Below are positions 46,497 to 56,132 of a stretch of 64,000 nucleotides of DNA, one piece after another. The stretch is from a virus. The stretch lies in IMG/VR virus record IMGVR_UViG_3300021197_001902, positions 1 through 64,000 of that record; one strand, given 5' to 3'. Each line of letters begins with the position of its first letter. Position 1 is the first letter of the stretch. Under the pieces are notes generated by a model, which ran no database searches, had not been told where the DNA came from, and worked only from the letters and a program-made list of their open reading frames with translations. Made by a program: the position numbers and the translations under genes.

Positions 46497-46803
46497 TTAA
46501 AGCTTCCTCTAATTCTTCCTCTAGCTCTTCGTCTATTGTGTACTCGAATACATCCCTAAAGTTCTGCATCTCATCATTGACCTGCCTAATACGGCTAAGG
46601 AGTTCCTGTATTATAGGCTCTCCATGGTATGAGTCCATGCCATACATGTCTTTAACAAACACCTGAAATGCTTTTGTCATCAAATACAAATCAGATATAG
46701 TGTTTGACAGGTATAGAAACTTTTGCAGTAACCGAGTAACATACCAAGCTAGCAGTATATTCACTACGATTGAAATAGCAATAAAACTATAAATTGTCAA
46801 CAT
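46477..46803 (-). CDS. Membrane-anchored hypothetical protein
   Basis: N-terminal TM helix and acidic tail; TTG start. Confidence 0.65.
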   Translation of the reverse strand: MLTIYSFIAISIVVNILLAWYVTRLLQKFLYLSNTISDLYLMTKAFQVFVKDMYGMDSYHGEPIIQELLSRIRQVNDEMQNFRDVFEYTIDEELEEELEEALNAEEEE

Positions 46804-47052
46804 TTATCTATCTTTATCCAGTTTTTTTCTTTGCTGTTGAAGTTCTTGTCTTGAATCTTCTATAAATCGCTCGGTTATGTGACCAACTTTTTTCTTTTGT
46901 GTTCCCGATTTGTTGGTTCTAAATTGCGTTAGCATTTTTACTAACGTGTTCTTTTTATCACACTCAGAGCAATCTGTTTCAACTTCGTTAGAAGCGTGAC
47001 TTATAACGGAAACCTTATCACAGATTGTGCAACGATATGGGTATCGTGGCAT
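46804..47052 (-). CDS. FmdB-family zinc-ribbon protein
   Basis: MPRYPYRCTIC...CSEC. Confidence 0.75.
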   Translation of the reverse strand: MPRYPYRCTICDKVSVISHASNEVETDCSECDKKNTLVKMLTQFRTNKSGTQKKKVGHITERFIEDSRQELQQQRKKLDKDR

Positions 47053-47210
47053 TACTTCCTGTTTTTTTCGAGCTGCCTTAAGCGCTTGTCGATGTCAAGA
47101 AGGTGTTTCTCAAGGTCTCTAGCTTGCTGTCCTACTGCTTCACGGATCTGTGAGTCAATAAGTTCTGTTGTTTCAAGTTTGGTAATAAAATCTGATTTTT
47201 TCTTTAGCAT
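47052..47210 (-). CDS. Small coiled-coil protein (52 aa, not in the ORF track)
   Basis: Hand translation gives MLKKKSDFITKLETTELIDSQIREAVGQQARDLEKHLLDIDKRLRQLEKNRK. It fills the gap exactly, with a TAATG overlap at 47052. Confidence 0.75.
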   Translation of the reverse strand: MLKKKSDFITKLETTELIDSQIREAVGQQARDLEKHLLDIDKRLRQLEKNRK

Positions 47211-47211
47211 G

Positions 47212-47430
47212 TTATTCGTCTCCTTCTAAAGGTAGTGTTGCTTCTTCAACGGCGATGTCGTCCAAATTAATCGAGGGGGGATTGGTTACCACCAACTCGG
47301 AATGCGAGTTATCGTCTGGATTAACTTGAAAATCCATCTGCTGAAGGGTTGGAACAATGTCACTCTGTTCCATGAGGGATCGCTGGAGGGCCATCATCAA
47401 TGCGCCCACTGCTTGGTTTGATAGTTTCAT
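47212..47430 (-). CDS. Hypothetical protein
   Basis: 72 aa with an AGGAG RBS. Confidence 0.75.
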   Translation of the reverse strand: MKLSNQAVGALMMALQRSLMEQSDIVPTLQQMDFQVNPDDNSHSELVVTNPPSINLDDIAVEEATLPLEGDE

Positions 47431-47431
47431 C

Positions 47432-48268
47432 TTATGTCTCCTTATTAATAAAGCAATCTTTAATCGCTTCTCTTGAATCTATTGTAGCAGACCAACCGAT
47501 ATTTTTTAATTTGGTCGTATCTGCTTTTGTTGTTTTTACGTCACCCATACGCTCAGGTACGTAAGAGAACTTAACCTGATTGTTCTCTTCTACAATTTGT
47601 TTTATATCATTCAAAGAAATAACGTCGCCCGAACCAACGTCGAACCACTCACCGTTAAAATCTTCATCATAGTTCATACAAAAGACGTTGGCCCTAACAA
47701 TGTCGTCTACATGGACAAAGTCTCTACTCTGTGTTCCGTCTCCGTCTAGTCGTAGCGGCAGACTTTTGTCAATCATCTCCATCCATGCACACACAACTGT
47801 CGAGTAGGACCCACCATATTCTTGGTCTTCGGAGAAAACGTTAAAGTAACGTAAGCAAACTGTGTCCAGTCCATATAATTGTGAATAAAGCTTGCACTCT
47901 TGCTCAGAGATTAGCTTGTGAAGGCCATATGGAGAGTTTGGACCCTCTCCGTCGCCAAGAACCGCGGAAGATGAGCTGAAGATTACTCTTCTTACTCCAT
48001 GGTTTTTGGCCCACTCTAGTAGGACCGATGTAACATAAGCATTATGCCTGAATGTATAACTTGGCTTCTCCACTGAGTAATTCACTCTTGGCAGCGCAGC
48101 CATGTGAAAAACATAATCATAATCGTCATCAGGCAGACAACTAACTATGTCTTCTCCTTCTTTAAGATCAATCCCTCGGATATATGTTTCCGACGAGCAG
48201 TTTTCCTTAAGGCTAGAAAACAGGTGTGAACCAATGTATCCTTTATGGCCCGTGATTAAGATCTTCAT
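47432..48268 (-). CDS. NAD-dependent sugar epimerase/dehydratase (extended SDR, GalE/WbpP-like)
   Basis: ITGHKGYIG, SSS, YGLHK (YxxxK), LRYFNV and GDGTQSRDFVHV; start ATG 48268. Confidence 0.9.
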   Translation of the reverse strand: MKILITGHKGYIGSHLFSSLKENCSSETYIRGIDLKEGEDIVSCLPDDDYDYVFHMAALPRVNYSVEKPSYTFRHNAYVTSVLLEWAKNHGVRRVIFSSSSAVLGDGEGPNSPYGLHKLISEQECKLYSQLYGLDTVCLRYFNVFSEDQEYGGSYSTVVCAWMEMIDKSLPLRLDGDGTQSRDFVHVDDIVRANVFCMNYDEDFNGEWFDVGSGDVISLNDIKQIVEENNQVKFSYVPERMGDVKTTKADTTKLKNIGWSATIDSREAIKDCFINKET

Positions 48269-48269
48269 T

Positions 48270-49244
48270 TTAGAGTTCGTTTTGCCATCTATCAATCATG
48301 TCGTCCAGCAGTGTCGAAAAAGTAAACTCTGGTTTCCACCCTAGGACCTCTCTGGACTTGGTGGAGTCACCCTTGAGGTATTTGAGTTCCTCCGGTCGCA
48401 TATATTTGGGGTTCTGCTCGACATAATCACGATAGTCCATTCCCAACTTAGTGAAAACTGTTTCACACAAGTCTCTAACGGAGTGGGCCTCGCCGGTGGC
48501 AACAATAAATTCATCAGCTACATTGTGATTCGTAATCAAGTGCATAGCTCGAACATAATCTTGGGAGTGTCCCCAGTCACGGTAGGAATCCATATTACCA
48601 AGCTCTAACTTGTCTTGCAGCCCCTTTTTGATAGCTACAGCTCCCTTGACAACCTTGTTGGTGACGAAGTTCGAACCTCTACGCGGTGACTCGTGATTAA
48701 AAAGAATACCGTTGCATGCATGAAGGCCGTAGGCGTGCCTGTAGTGTCTTACAAGATTGTATCCCATAACTTTAGCACAGCCATAGGGACTGACGGGATT
48801 CATGGGCGTTGTGAGCCTCTGGAAGCCATCGTCATCGACGGAGTTGCCAAACATCTCAGAGGAACTAGCCTGATAGAATTTGGCATTCGGACAGATGGTT
48901 CGGTAGACCTCTAGGAGATGCAGCACGCCAAGAGCGTTTGTCTGAATGGTAAAGGAAGGCATATCGAAACTGACACGAACATGACTCATGGCACCAAGGT
49001 TATAAATCTCATCTGGCATTACCTGCGACACGATTCTAACGAGTGAAGGATAGTCCAGAAGGTCTCCATAATAAGCATGAACGTTTTCCCCCAGTCCATA
49101 TTTGTGGAGTCTGTGGTTCTGGTTTTCCGCGACCGAGTGGCGGCGGACAATGCCATGGACTTCATATCCCAACGACAGCAGGTGCTCCGTCAAATAGCTG
49201 CCGTCTTGGCCAGCGATTCCTGTAATCAGTGCTTTCTTCTTCAT
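48270..49244 (-). CDS. gmd: GDP-mannose 4,6-dehydratase
   Basis: ALITGIAGQDGSYL, PDEIYNLGAMSHVRVSF, YQASSSEMFG, GILFNHESPRRG and RDWGH. Confidence 0.96.
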   Translation of the reverse strand: MKKKALITGIAGQDGSYLTEHLLSLGYEVHGIVRRHSVAENQNHRLHKYGLGENVHAYYGDLLDYPSLVRIVSQVMPDEIYNLGAMSHVRVSFDMPSFTIQTNALGVLHLLEVYRTICPNAKFYQASSSEMFGNSVDDDGFQRLTTPMNPVSPYGCAKVMGYNLVRHYRHAYGLHACNGILFNHESPRRGSNFVTNKVVKGAVAIKKGLQDKLELGNMDSYRDWGHSQDYVRAMHLITNHNVADEFIVATGEAHSVRDLCETVFTKLGMDYRDYVEQNPKYMRPEELKYLKGDSTKSREVLGWKPEFTFSTLLDDMIDRWQNEL

Positions 49245-49840
49245 TTCTTAAAAATCTCCAATTTTGTAAGGTCAGGCCAATCTGTAACGACCCATTTGTG
49301 CGGCTTTGTCGCGATGGCTTCTGGAAGCTTCTCTAAACCAGTTGTAGCTACTTCTGGTGTCATATAGTAGTGAAGCCCAAAGGTATCAATGTTTTGCTCT
49401 CTCCACGGCACATCTGGTATTCTACCATCGTATGACATCTTTTTTAATTGTATCGCATCGTTTTCGTCATCTAAAAGAATGACTCCTCCCCGGCCTAGGC
49501 TCAAATGCTTTGCAAACTGAAAACTCACGCACATGAATGTCCCAGGAATATAACTATTCTCTGTCCAGAGCACAGCTGCATCATAGATTGGCTTTGGTTC
49601 ATCGTTTATCTTATAACAGTCTTGCCATGCTTCGTCTCTCCATTCGAGACCTATGTTTAATTTGTTAGCCAAGAACGGAACGGACAGGTATGTTCTTTTT
49701 GGAACATTTATTTTGTCGAGCTTCTGATATCGTATGCAAAGCTCTATGCCGTGTGTGCAGCTGTCCACCGCAACAGCGTATGGACAGCCAAAGAACTCGG
49801 CCAACTGATTTTCAAACTTTCTTACGGGCTCAAAACTCAT
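49241..49840 (-). CDS. Short DegT/DnrJ/EryC1/StrS-family PLP enzyme
   Basis: FE..LA.F.G..YAVAVDSCT, DAA and SFQFAKHL..GRGG; only 199 aa. Confidence 0.8.
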   Translation of the reverse strand: MSFEPVRKFENQLAEFFGCPYAVAVDSCTHGIELCIRYQKLDKINVPKRTYLSVPFLANKLNIGLEWRDEAWQDCYKINDEPKPIYDAAVLWTENSYIPGTFMCVSFQFAKHLSLGRGGVILLDDENDAIQLKKMSYDGRIPDVPWREQNIDTFGLHYYMTPEVATTGLEKLPEAIATKPHKWVVTDWPDLTKLEIFKK

Positions 49841-50670
49841 TTATTTATCAATCCTTTTTCTTCAGCAAATTGCTTAATACCATAATCCCAGTATATCTGA
49901 TCTAGGGTCAGGTCTTTAGCTAAGTTGTAATTCTCTTCCACCACATCCAGCTTGCTATTGTAGTGCTCCTCAGAGACAACGTTATTCAGAATATCTTTCA
50001 GCTCGTCTATTGTCTGAAAGAACAAGGCACCTTCCGTGTTGTAAAAATCGTGGATGTTCGAATCTTCATTGCCCCAGTATATGGGGATGGACCCACAACA
50101 GAATGCATCATTGACCTTTTCACTAGCATAACCACCTTCTTCATTTTCAACCACGATATGGTATCGATAATCTGCTAGGCCTTCTGTTTTTGTTTCAATG
50201 GGATTATACGCTCTGCCATACAAATCCATCAGCTCCGAGCCCTGGAGGGCATTGACAATTTCATGTCGAAGTCGGTGACCTTGAGTATTGTTCTGCGCAG
50301 AAAAGATGGCGGATGTCATCTTAGACTTATCGTATATTTTTCTATCTTCCTTGGGGATCCAAATCTTTGGCCATATTGGATAGTATACAAACTTATCGGA
50401 TGGAGTGGATGCTAGTTGTTTGTTGTGGGTCATGATCAAATCGAAATATGAGTGATTCTGATATACCCACTCGTATACGGGCGCCATAACTGGGTGTGGC
50501 TCAATCAATAGCGCAATCTTATACTTACTATTGTGGCCCGGAGCATGTCCCGTGACCGTATCAACATACACTGCGATGTCTGTCTCACCTTGATCCTTTG
50601 TAAAAAGATCACCATAAACACTCGGGCCCAGTGAGGTTTGGGCCATAAAAACTTTTATATCATACATCAA
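49837..50670 (-). CDS. GT10-like (alpha-1,3/4-fucosyltransferase family) glycosyltransferase
   Basis: YRYHIVVENE..GYASEKV.DAF.CGSIPIYWG. Confidence 0.85.
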   Translation of the reverse strand: MMYDIKVFMAQTSLGPSVYGDLFTKDQGETDIAVYVDTVTGHAPGHNSKYKIALLIEPHPVMAPVYEWVYQNHSYFDLIMTHNKQLASTPSDKFVYYPIWPKIWIPKEDRKIYDKSKMTSAIFSAQNNTQGHRLRHEIVNALQGSELMDLYGRAYNPIETKTEGLADYRYHIVVENEEGGYASEKVNDAFCCGSIPIYWGNEDSNIHDFYNTEGALFFQTIDELKDILNNVVSEEHYNSKLDVVEENYNLAKDLTLDQIYWDYGIKQFAEEKGLINK

Positions 50671-51073
50671 TAAACTCCTTGTCTAGCTCCTGGCCATAAT
50701 ATGGACCGGTCTTATACTCATACACCACTGTATCGTCTTCGAGACAAAGATAGTTGTGGCCACCCCTAAATGAGATGGTGCAATCACCCTGGTTTAGTAC
50801 CTCTTCAGTCAACAACGTCTGGTCAACGTCATACAGGAACACTTTTACAGAACCCTTGACGACAACCCAAGATTCTTGGGTTATGTTAGCAAGCTTCCGA
50901 CATTCAATGTGCTGGTGCGCTTTAAATGTTTTGCCCTCGTTTAAACGAAAGACTGACACTTGTAGAAATTCCTCTTCGGGGCTTAGGTCTGTTCTTTTTT
51001 CCGTAATCTCACCATAGCGGTTGATGGTGTGCATCAGGAGGCCTTCTTCTACTTTTGAAAAGATCTTTTTCAC
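50660..51073 (-). CDS. Cupin-fold protein (WbuC-like)
   Basis: AHQH...QESWVVVKG...GGH...EYKTGPY. Confidence 0.75.
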   Translation of the reverse strand: MKKIFSKVEEGLLMHTINRYGEITEKRTDLSPEEEFLQVSVFRLNEGKTFKAHQHIECRKLANITQESWVVVKGSVKVFLYDVDQTLLTEEVLNQGDCTISFRGGHNYLCLEDDTVVYEYKTGPYYGQELDKEFIDV

Positions 51074-51075
51074 TT

Positions 51076-51768
51076 TTAATCCTCAAATTTGTAACTAAAG
51101 TATTCTACATCATTTTTGAACTTTTGTCCAACCATGTTTCTAAGTTCATCGTCATAAAAGCACTCATATGATGGCATGTTGTCGACATTAAACTCTTTCG
51201 GCGGCAAATCACTGACGTTTATCTTGTTTACTGTCTCAAGTGTCTTATTGGGATTGCGGAAATCTCTTGTCTGAATGCCAAGATGGTCACATACTAGATT
51301 CATTCCGGTAGCATAGTCCTCTAGTTTCACAATCTGATCAAACTTTATGGCACCCAGTTCACTGGTTTGGCTTTGCAGATGTTGTTCCAAGTACTGGTCA
51401 GGTGTGTCGCACACAAAGGTTACCAAATCCCTGAATGTAAAGTCTTCACTATTCATATCCTGGCGTCGGGTGTCTATTGGCCAGGTGGAGTTTTTCCACC
51501 AGACAGCAACTTTCTTGTTTTTGTAATAACTAACAATCCTCTTCCATGGATTTCTACAAACTATGAACTTATAGTAGTCTCTCCAGAATTCTTCCATTTG
51601 ATCGGGGGTAGGCTTCAGTTGTCTCTGCCCCAGAAAAACATGTGGATTTACGGTGGTTGGATCTATCCCTATTGTCTCTAGATACCACCTTTTTACTGCG
51701 GTGCATCCAGCCTTGGCGTTCCAACATACTATGAACTTTTGTTCGTGATTAATTAAAGGAAAAAGCAT
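51076..51768 (-). CDS. Carbohydrate sulfotransferase (Sulfotransfer_2 family)
   Basis: PAPS-binding motifs NAKAGCT and KFIVCRNPWKRIVSYY; H..SQ. Confidence 0.85.
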   Translation of the reverse strand: MLFPLINHEQKFIVCWNAKAGCTAVKRWYLETIGIDPTTVNPHVFLGQRQLKPTPDQMEEFWRDYYKFIVCRNPWKRIVSYYKNKKVAVWWKNSTWPIDTRRQDMNSEDFTFRDLVTFVCDTPDQYLEQHLQSQTSELGAIKFDQIVKLEDYATGMNLVCDHLGIQTRDFRNPNKTLETVNKINVSDLPPKEFNVDNMPSYECFYDDELRNMVGQKFKNDVEYFSYKFED

Positions 51769-51784
51769 CTTGTCTATCTTCTCT

Positions 51785-52255
51785 CTATGCTGTTAGGGCT
51801 GCTGGCACTATGTTGATTCCTGATCTTAAGAGTGCAACCGAGCGATGTAGACCGTCGATTAGCTGACCTTGTTGGTTTATGATAATGTATTTATCTTGGT
51901 GCGGGGAATCTAGATAAGCAGCTGTAGTGTTTAGGATTTTATCGAACTTGTCGAACATGTATTGCATGTCCAAGTGTTCTTCGTTTATCGCTGCTCGGGC
52001 CCAAGTGATATGCTTACACTTTTCTAGATACTCCTCATATGGCTTTATATTTCCCATCGCGTACTGAAAGTGAGGAGTGTCTTTTATTAGGGTTGGCTTC
52101 AAAGAAAGAATTTTCAAATTCTGGCGATCAACTCGATCAACAATCCCATCGCGAATGTGGTTCAAATCAACTTTGACAATTCGATGCGCAACAGAATGGT
52201 AGCCTGGGGGCCACCAGCACTCACCACTCAAAGGATTGGTGGTAATACTTTTCAT
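51785..52255 (-). CDS. ParB/Srx-like domain protein
   Basis: IIINQQGQLIDGLHRS...GI..VP. Confidence 0.5.
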   Translation of the reverse strand: MKSITTNPLSGECWWPPGYHSVAHRIVKVDLNHIRDGIVDRVDRQNLKILSLKPTLIKDTPHFQYAMGNIKPYEEYLEKCKHITWARAAINEEHLDMQYMFDKFDKILNTTAAYLDSPHQDKYIIINQQGQLIDGLHRSVALLRSGINIVPAALTA

Positions 52256-52824
52256 TTTTTCTCACAGACCACATTCAGTGCTAAATGCAGCCCTGACTCA
52301 TCCATGTGTGGAATATAAGCTCTGGAGTAATCATCATAACCTTCTGGTAAGAACTCTCGCCAATCATATCTTTCAACATTTTCGAACCCATTGTCCACAA
52401 GTATTTTTTGGAGGGACGAAAAGTCATAGGCTGTTCTCTGGTAGATCACCTCGTTGAGGCCAACTTCATTGACAATCTCCCAGCGGCCGAACAATGGCCC
52501 TAGAAGGCCCTGAGCGTCGAGATCCTTACCGTTGGTTAAATAGTTCTCTACCATCATCTCAAAGTCCGCCAGAGACGTTCTCAGCAGCCCACCAGGCTTG
52601 AGAACTCGTCGCCATTCGGCCAGAACATCGACAACCTCATATCTATCAAAATAGATAATGACGCCACAGGAGTAGATCTCATCCACACTTTCATCTTCAA
52701 AGGCTGACAGATCCTTGATGTCCATCACCTGATCTACATGATCTAAGTGGTCTTGGTCAATATTAATAAACCCTGGGAGATATCTGTGACCACTTCCTAA
52801 ATGTAATCGGACTTTATCACTCAC
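52252..52824 (-). CDS. SAM-dependent methyltransferase (class I)
   Basis: RLHLGSG, INID, SVDEIY and EWRRVLKPGG. Confidence 0.85.
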   Translation of the reverse strand: MSDKVRLHLGSGHRYLPGFINIDQDHLDHVDQVMDIKDLSAFEDESVDEIYSCGVIIYFDRYEVVDVLAEWRRVLKPGGLLRTSLADFEMMVENYLTNGKDLDAQGLLGPLFGRWEIVNEVGLNEVIYQRTAYDFSSLQKILVDNGFENVERYDWREFLPEGYDDYSRAYIPHMDESGLHLALNVVCEKK

Positions 52825-53236
52825 CTTTTACAGCTCCAATAATGTTTCCGACAATTCTGATCGTATCACTCTCATAATCTGCGCCTCCTCGAAGGCCCTC
52901 GCTGAATACAATAAATTCGTTATCAACGGTGATGTTCAGTGCATGCACCTCGTACGGAGGCGTTGAAAGAATATCACCCTCATTCAGTACTATGCAGGTT
53001 GCATCATCAAGAGAGTCTAGATTGGCGTACCAATACTCCAGAGATCCCTTTGTAATCAACATGTGTTGAGTTGAAACCTCATGGTAGTGGTTTCCTCTAA
53101 CTGCACCAGCGTTAGACCTGATGATGGCAACGTGATCAATGCCACTTTTATAAAAGATGTCGGCAATAATTCCTCGATCATCTTCGTGTCTCTCCAGAGG
53201 AGCTTCGACATCTTCGTAAACGTTTTTCTTTTGCAT
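52817..53236 (-). CDS. Cupin sugar isomerase/epimerase (RmlC/FdtA-like)
   Basis: HEDDRG, VRGNHYH and PPYEVH. Confidence 0.8.
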   Translation of the reverse strand: MQKKNVYEDVEAPLERHEDDRGIIADIFYKSGIDHVAIIRSNAGAVRGNHYHEVSTQHMLITKGSLEYWYANLDSLDDATCIVLNEGDILSTPPYEVHALNITVDNEFIVFSEGLRGGADYESDTIRIVGNIIGAVKGE

Positions 53237-53249
53237 TTATAAATTCTCC

Positions 53250-54473
53250 CTAAAAATCACTAAAAACTAAAAACTTAATCTTAGGATTTATTTCATTCAA
53301 TTTCTGTTTAATTTTGTCAGAGATATTCCATGACAAGATTATTGCATACACCTCATCGTATTCAGAAAATACCTCGTCTCCGCGGATAGGAATACTTGTT
53401 AACGGAGTGAGTTTGCCCTGCTTGTACTCTGACGCGTCAGTTACATAATCAATTATCGAATTGTCTAAGTTCAGTAAGGTCAAGAAGGTATTCCCCTTCG
53501 CTGCGGCTCCAACAGCGACCAAGGAGCCGCCTTCGGCCTTAATTTCATAAATCCTCTTCAAGAAATTAAACTTTGACTCTTGCAGTCGATTTGTTAAGTT
53601 CTCGTATGTGCTTAGATTATAGAGGCCAATGCGGTCCTCTTCTTCAATCATGGTATTCACAAGCTCTGATTCTGCGGCGCCGGTCTTCTGAGCGTATACT
53701 CGCAGGGAACCTCCATGATAATCAACCACCTGAACATCTACTATAACCATGCCTGCACGGCGGAGCATCTCTCGGGCGGCCTTAACAGTTAGGTATGTAA
53801 CGTGTTCGTGGTAGACCTGATCGATCTTCTCAGATTCAATGGAACATTTCCAGTAGGGAGCTTCAAATACGAAGGTACCGTCATCAGTCAATAAGGTAGA
53901 GGCTGCTTTGGCAAAGTCAACAGGATCCTCTGAGTGATTAAAAACATTGTTCGCCACTACTAAGTCAGCACTACCATAATCTGTTAAAACAAGCTCGGCA
54001 ATTTGACTATCAAAAACTGCAACCTTAGTTTCTACACCATTTACAGTCTGTGCAATCTGAGAAACATGAGGTGAGGCGTCAACGCCAAGAGTCCTAGCGG
54101 AACGGTCGTCCTTAAACTGTTTGAGAAGGAACCCATCATTAGAACCAACCTCAACCACGAAAGCGTCTTCTGATAAGGATACATTGTCAGACACCTCTAA
54201 ACAAAAGTTGATCCAATGTCTTTTAGAGGTATTGGAGTTAGAAGATGTGTAAGAATATTCGTACAGAGACGCATAACGATCATGAGGCTCCGTTTTAGAT
54301 AATGTCTGTACATTTCCACATGACTCGCAAAGTACGCATGAAAGGTTGTACGTCACCAGCGGGTCGTACTTTTTGTCCATAGGGACAAATGTGTCAGCAT
54401 ATGCGTGGGCCCCTAAATCTAGGATACACTCCATTTTAGTAGATTGGCATACAAGGCAGTGATTTCTTCTCAA
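53250..54473 (-). CDS. NDP-hexose C-methyltransferase (zinc-binding N-terminus)
   Basis: CLVC...CESC, VEVGSNDG, YHEH, HGGS and GAAAKG. Confidence 0.88.
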   Translation of the reverse strand: MRRNHCLVCQSTKMECILDLGAHAYADTFVPMDKKYDPLVTYNLSCVLCESCGNVQTLSKTEPHDRYASLYEYSYTSSNSNTSKRHWINFCLEVSDNVSLSEDAFVVEVGSNDGFLLKQFKDDRSARTLGVDASPHVSQIAQTVNGVETKVAVFDSQIAELVLTDYGSADLVVANNVFNHSEDPVDFAKAASTLLTDDGTFVFEAPYWKCSIESEKIDQVYHEHVTYLTVKAAREMLRRAGMVIVDVQVVDYHGGSLRVYAQKTGAAESELVNTMIEEEDRIGLYNLSTYENLTNRLQESKFNFLKRIYEIKAEGGSLVAVGAAAKGNTFLTLLNLDNSIIDYVTDASEYKQGKLTPLTSIPIRGDEVFSEYDEVYAIILSWNISDKIKQKLNEINPKIKFLVFSDF

Positions 54474-55135
54474 TTTAGATCTCCATAAATCTTGTTGTAT
54501 ATGACCTCAGCAATCATAAAATCAAATTCAGTATCGATATCAACTGATTCTATTTCATCTAGGATTTTGAAGGTAGGGTTTGAAGTAACAACATTGCGGC
54601 ACCCGATCATGTCCTCTTTTGATACAATACAGACTCCGTAAGTTACGGCATAGATATCAGGAAGGTCTTGGCTATTTGGTGAGTTTTCCAGATCGTAGTT
54701 GAGTGGTTCTCCATCATGCCACAAATGATGTTTGACAGGTGACACTGTCACCAAGTTAGTGACCTCTGGATTTTCTTTAAACGTTTTAATACAATCGTGA
54801 TAAGTCTCAAGTGAAATCAGTGGGCAAGTCACTGGACTATACATAAGATATTCACCGTCGATGGCTTGTCCCAGGTTTTCAAAAAACTCCGAATTTGTTG
54901 CCGCAGATGAAGCAAAGTATTCGTCGCGGAGATGCGTCTCCACTCCTAACTCTGCTGCTAGGGCCAGCATGTCATCGCAGTCGGAACTTACGACAATGTT
55001 ATCAACAAGGCTTACTTGCTTCAACTGCTCAATCTTAATCTGCAGAAGTGTTTTGTCAGCAAAAGGCTTAAGGTTCTTGTTCTTTACTCTTACGGATCCC
55101 TTGCGTACAGGGACAACAGCTGTGATACTTCTCAT
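54470..55135 (-). CDS. neuA: Acylneuraminate cytidylyltransferase (CMP-nonulosonate synthetase family)
   Basis: PVRKGSVRVKNKN, VSSD, TCPL and SVDIDT..DF. Confidence 0.85.
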   Translation of the reverse strand: MRSITAVVPVRKGSVRVKNKNLKPFADKTLLQIKIEQLKQVSLVDNIVVSSDCDDMLALAAELGVETHLRDEYFASSAATNSEFFENLGQAIDGEYLMYSPVTCPLISLETYHDCIKTFKENPEVTNLVTVSPVKHHLWHDGEPLNYDLENSPNSQDLPDIYAVTYGVCIVSKEDMIGCRNVVTSNPTFKILDEIESVDIDTEFDFMIAEVIYNKIYGDLN

Positions 55136-56112
55136 TTCAGGCGCTCCAGAATTTCTGGCCAGTTGTTGGTGAACTCAATAGCCTTATCATCAATATAGTG
55201 CTGAGCACGAGGCTTTTCATGGGTAATTTCAGCTACTAGGTCCCGGACGCCATGGTCCTGTAGCCATTCGTCCACAAGCTCGTAGCCTGTTTTGCCGGCA
55301 ACTAATGGACGGTCAGGACGAACCTTTGCAGAGAAAACGATAATGTTCCAGTCCTCAGCCAATGTGCGGATGGCATCCAATGCGTTCGGGAGGGGGTCAC
55401 CATAACAGGTGCCATCGTGCCAACCCTTATCAAAATTATGAATAACTCCATCGAAGTCAATGGCCAGGTTGTTGAGCTGGGTTTCCATTCCTGGCGGCAC
55501 GTGCTGATCATGGGTCTCAACCTCTGATTCAATTCCAAGCTTCTCGAAGCGGCGTTGTTGAGCTTTGGTAGAGATTGCAGGGCACATAAAGCCGGCACCA
55601 TGAATCAACTCATAGGTCATTGTTAGAGAGATGATTTCCGAAGTGTGGTAGTATTTGGTGTGCTGAATAATCTGGTTGACTTGAGGATGGATACCCTTCT
55701 CTTTTGGTTGTGCGGCCCAGAGGCACGCCGGCATGCCATTCTCAGCAGCCCAATTGAGAGCAGTGGAAAGACAATCGGAGGAGATGCCGTTGGTGGAGCA
55801 AGAAATCCCAATAGCCAAGCACTCACTCTTATCTAAACCGCGTGTACGAATGTCCAGCCAGTTCATAATCCAATCATTAAAACTGGTATCTCCCTGGATT
55901 GATGTGACAATGACTCCCCCTCCTGGGGCGAACACGTTCTTGTCTGTGAGGCGTGAGTGATCAATGGCTGCGTGTTCTGCCACGCCCATGTTGCCACCAT
56001 GGCCAAAGAAGAATACATACTTTGCCTTGTTATACACCTCCTGCAGTTGGGTGTATTGTTCGCTATTAACGATAGCTCGGTACTTTCTTTCAAAATCTTC
56101 AATATCTAACAT
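55132..56112 (-). CDS. SIS (GmhA-like isomerase) and HAD phosphatase fusion
   Basis: FFGHGGN..VAEHAA.D and IGISCS (SIS); AIDFDGVI, FSA, EKP and YIDD (HAD motifs I-IV). Confidence 0.75.
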   Translation of the reverse strand: MLDIEDFERKYRAIVNSEQYTQLQEVYNKAKYVFFFGHGGNMGVAEHAAIDHSRLTDKNVFAPGGGVIVTSIQGDTSFNDWIMNWLDIRTRGLDKSECLAIGISCSTNGISSDCLSTALNWAAENGMPACLWAAQPKEKGIHPQVNQIIQHTKYYHTSEIISLTMTYELIHGAGFMCPAISTKAQQRRFEKLGIESEVETHDQHVPPGMETQLNNLAIDFDGVIHNFDKGWHDGTCYGDPLPNALDAIRTLAEDWNIIVFSAKVRPDRPLVAGKTGYELVDEWLQDHGVRDLVAEITHEKPRAQHYIDDKAIEFTNNWPEILERLK

Positions 56113-56132
56113 ATTCCTAAACCTTTGTATTC

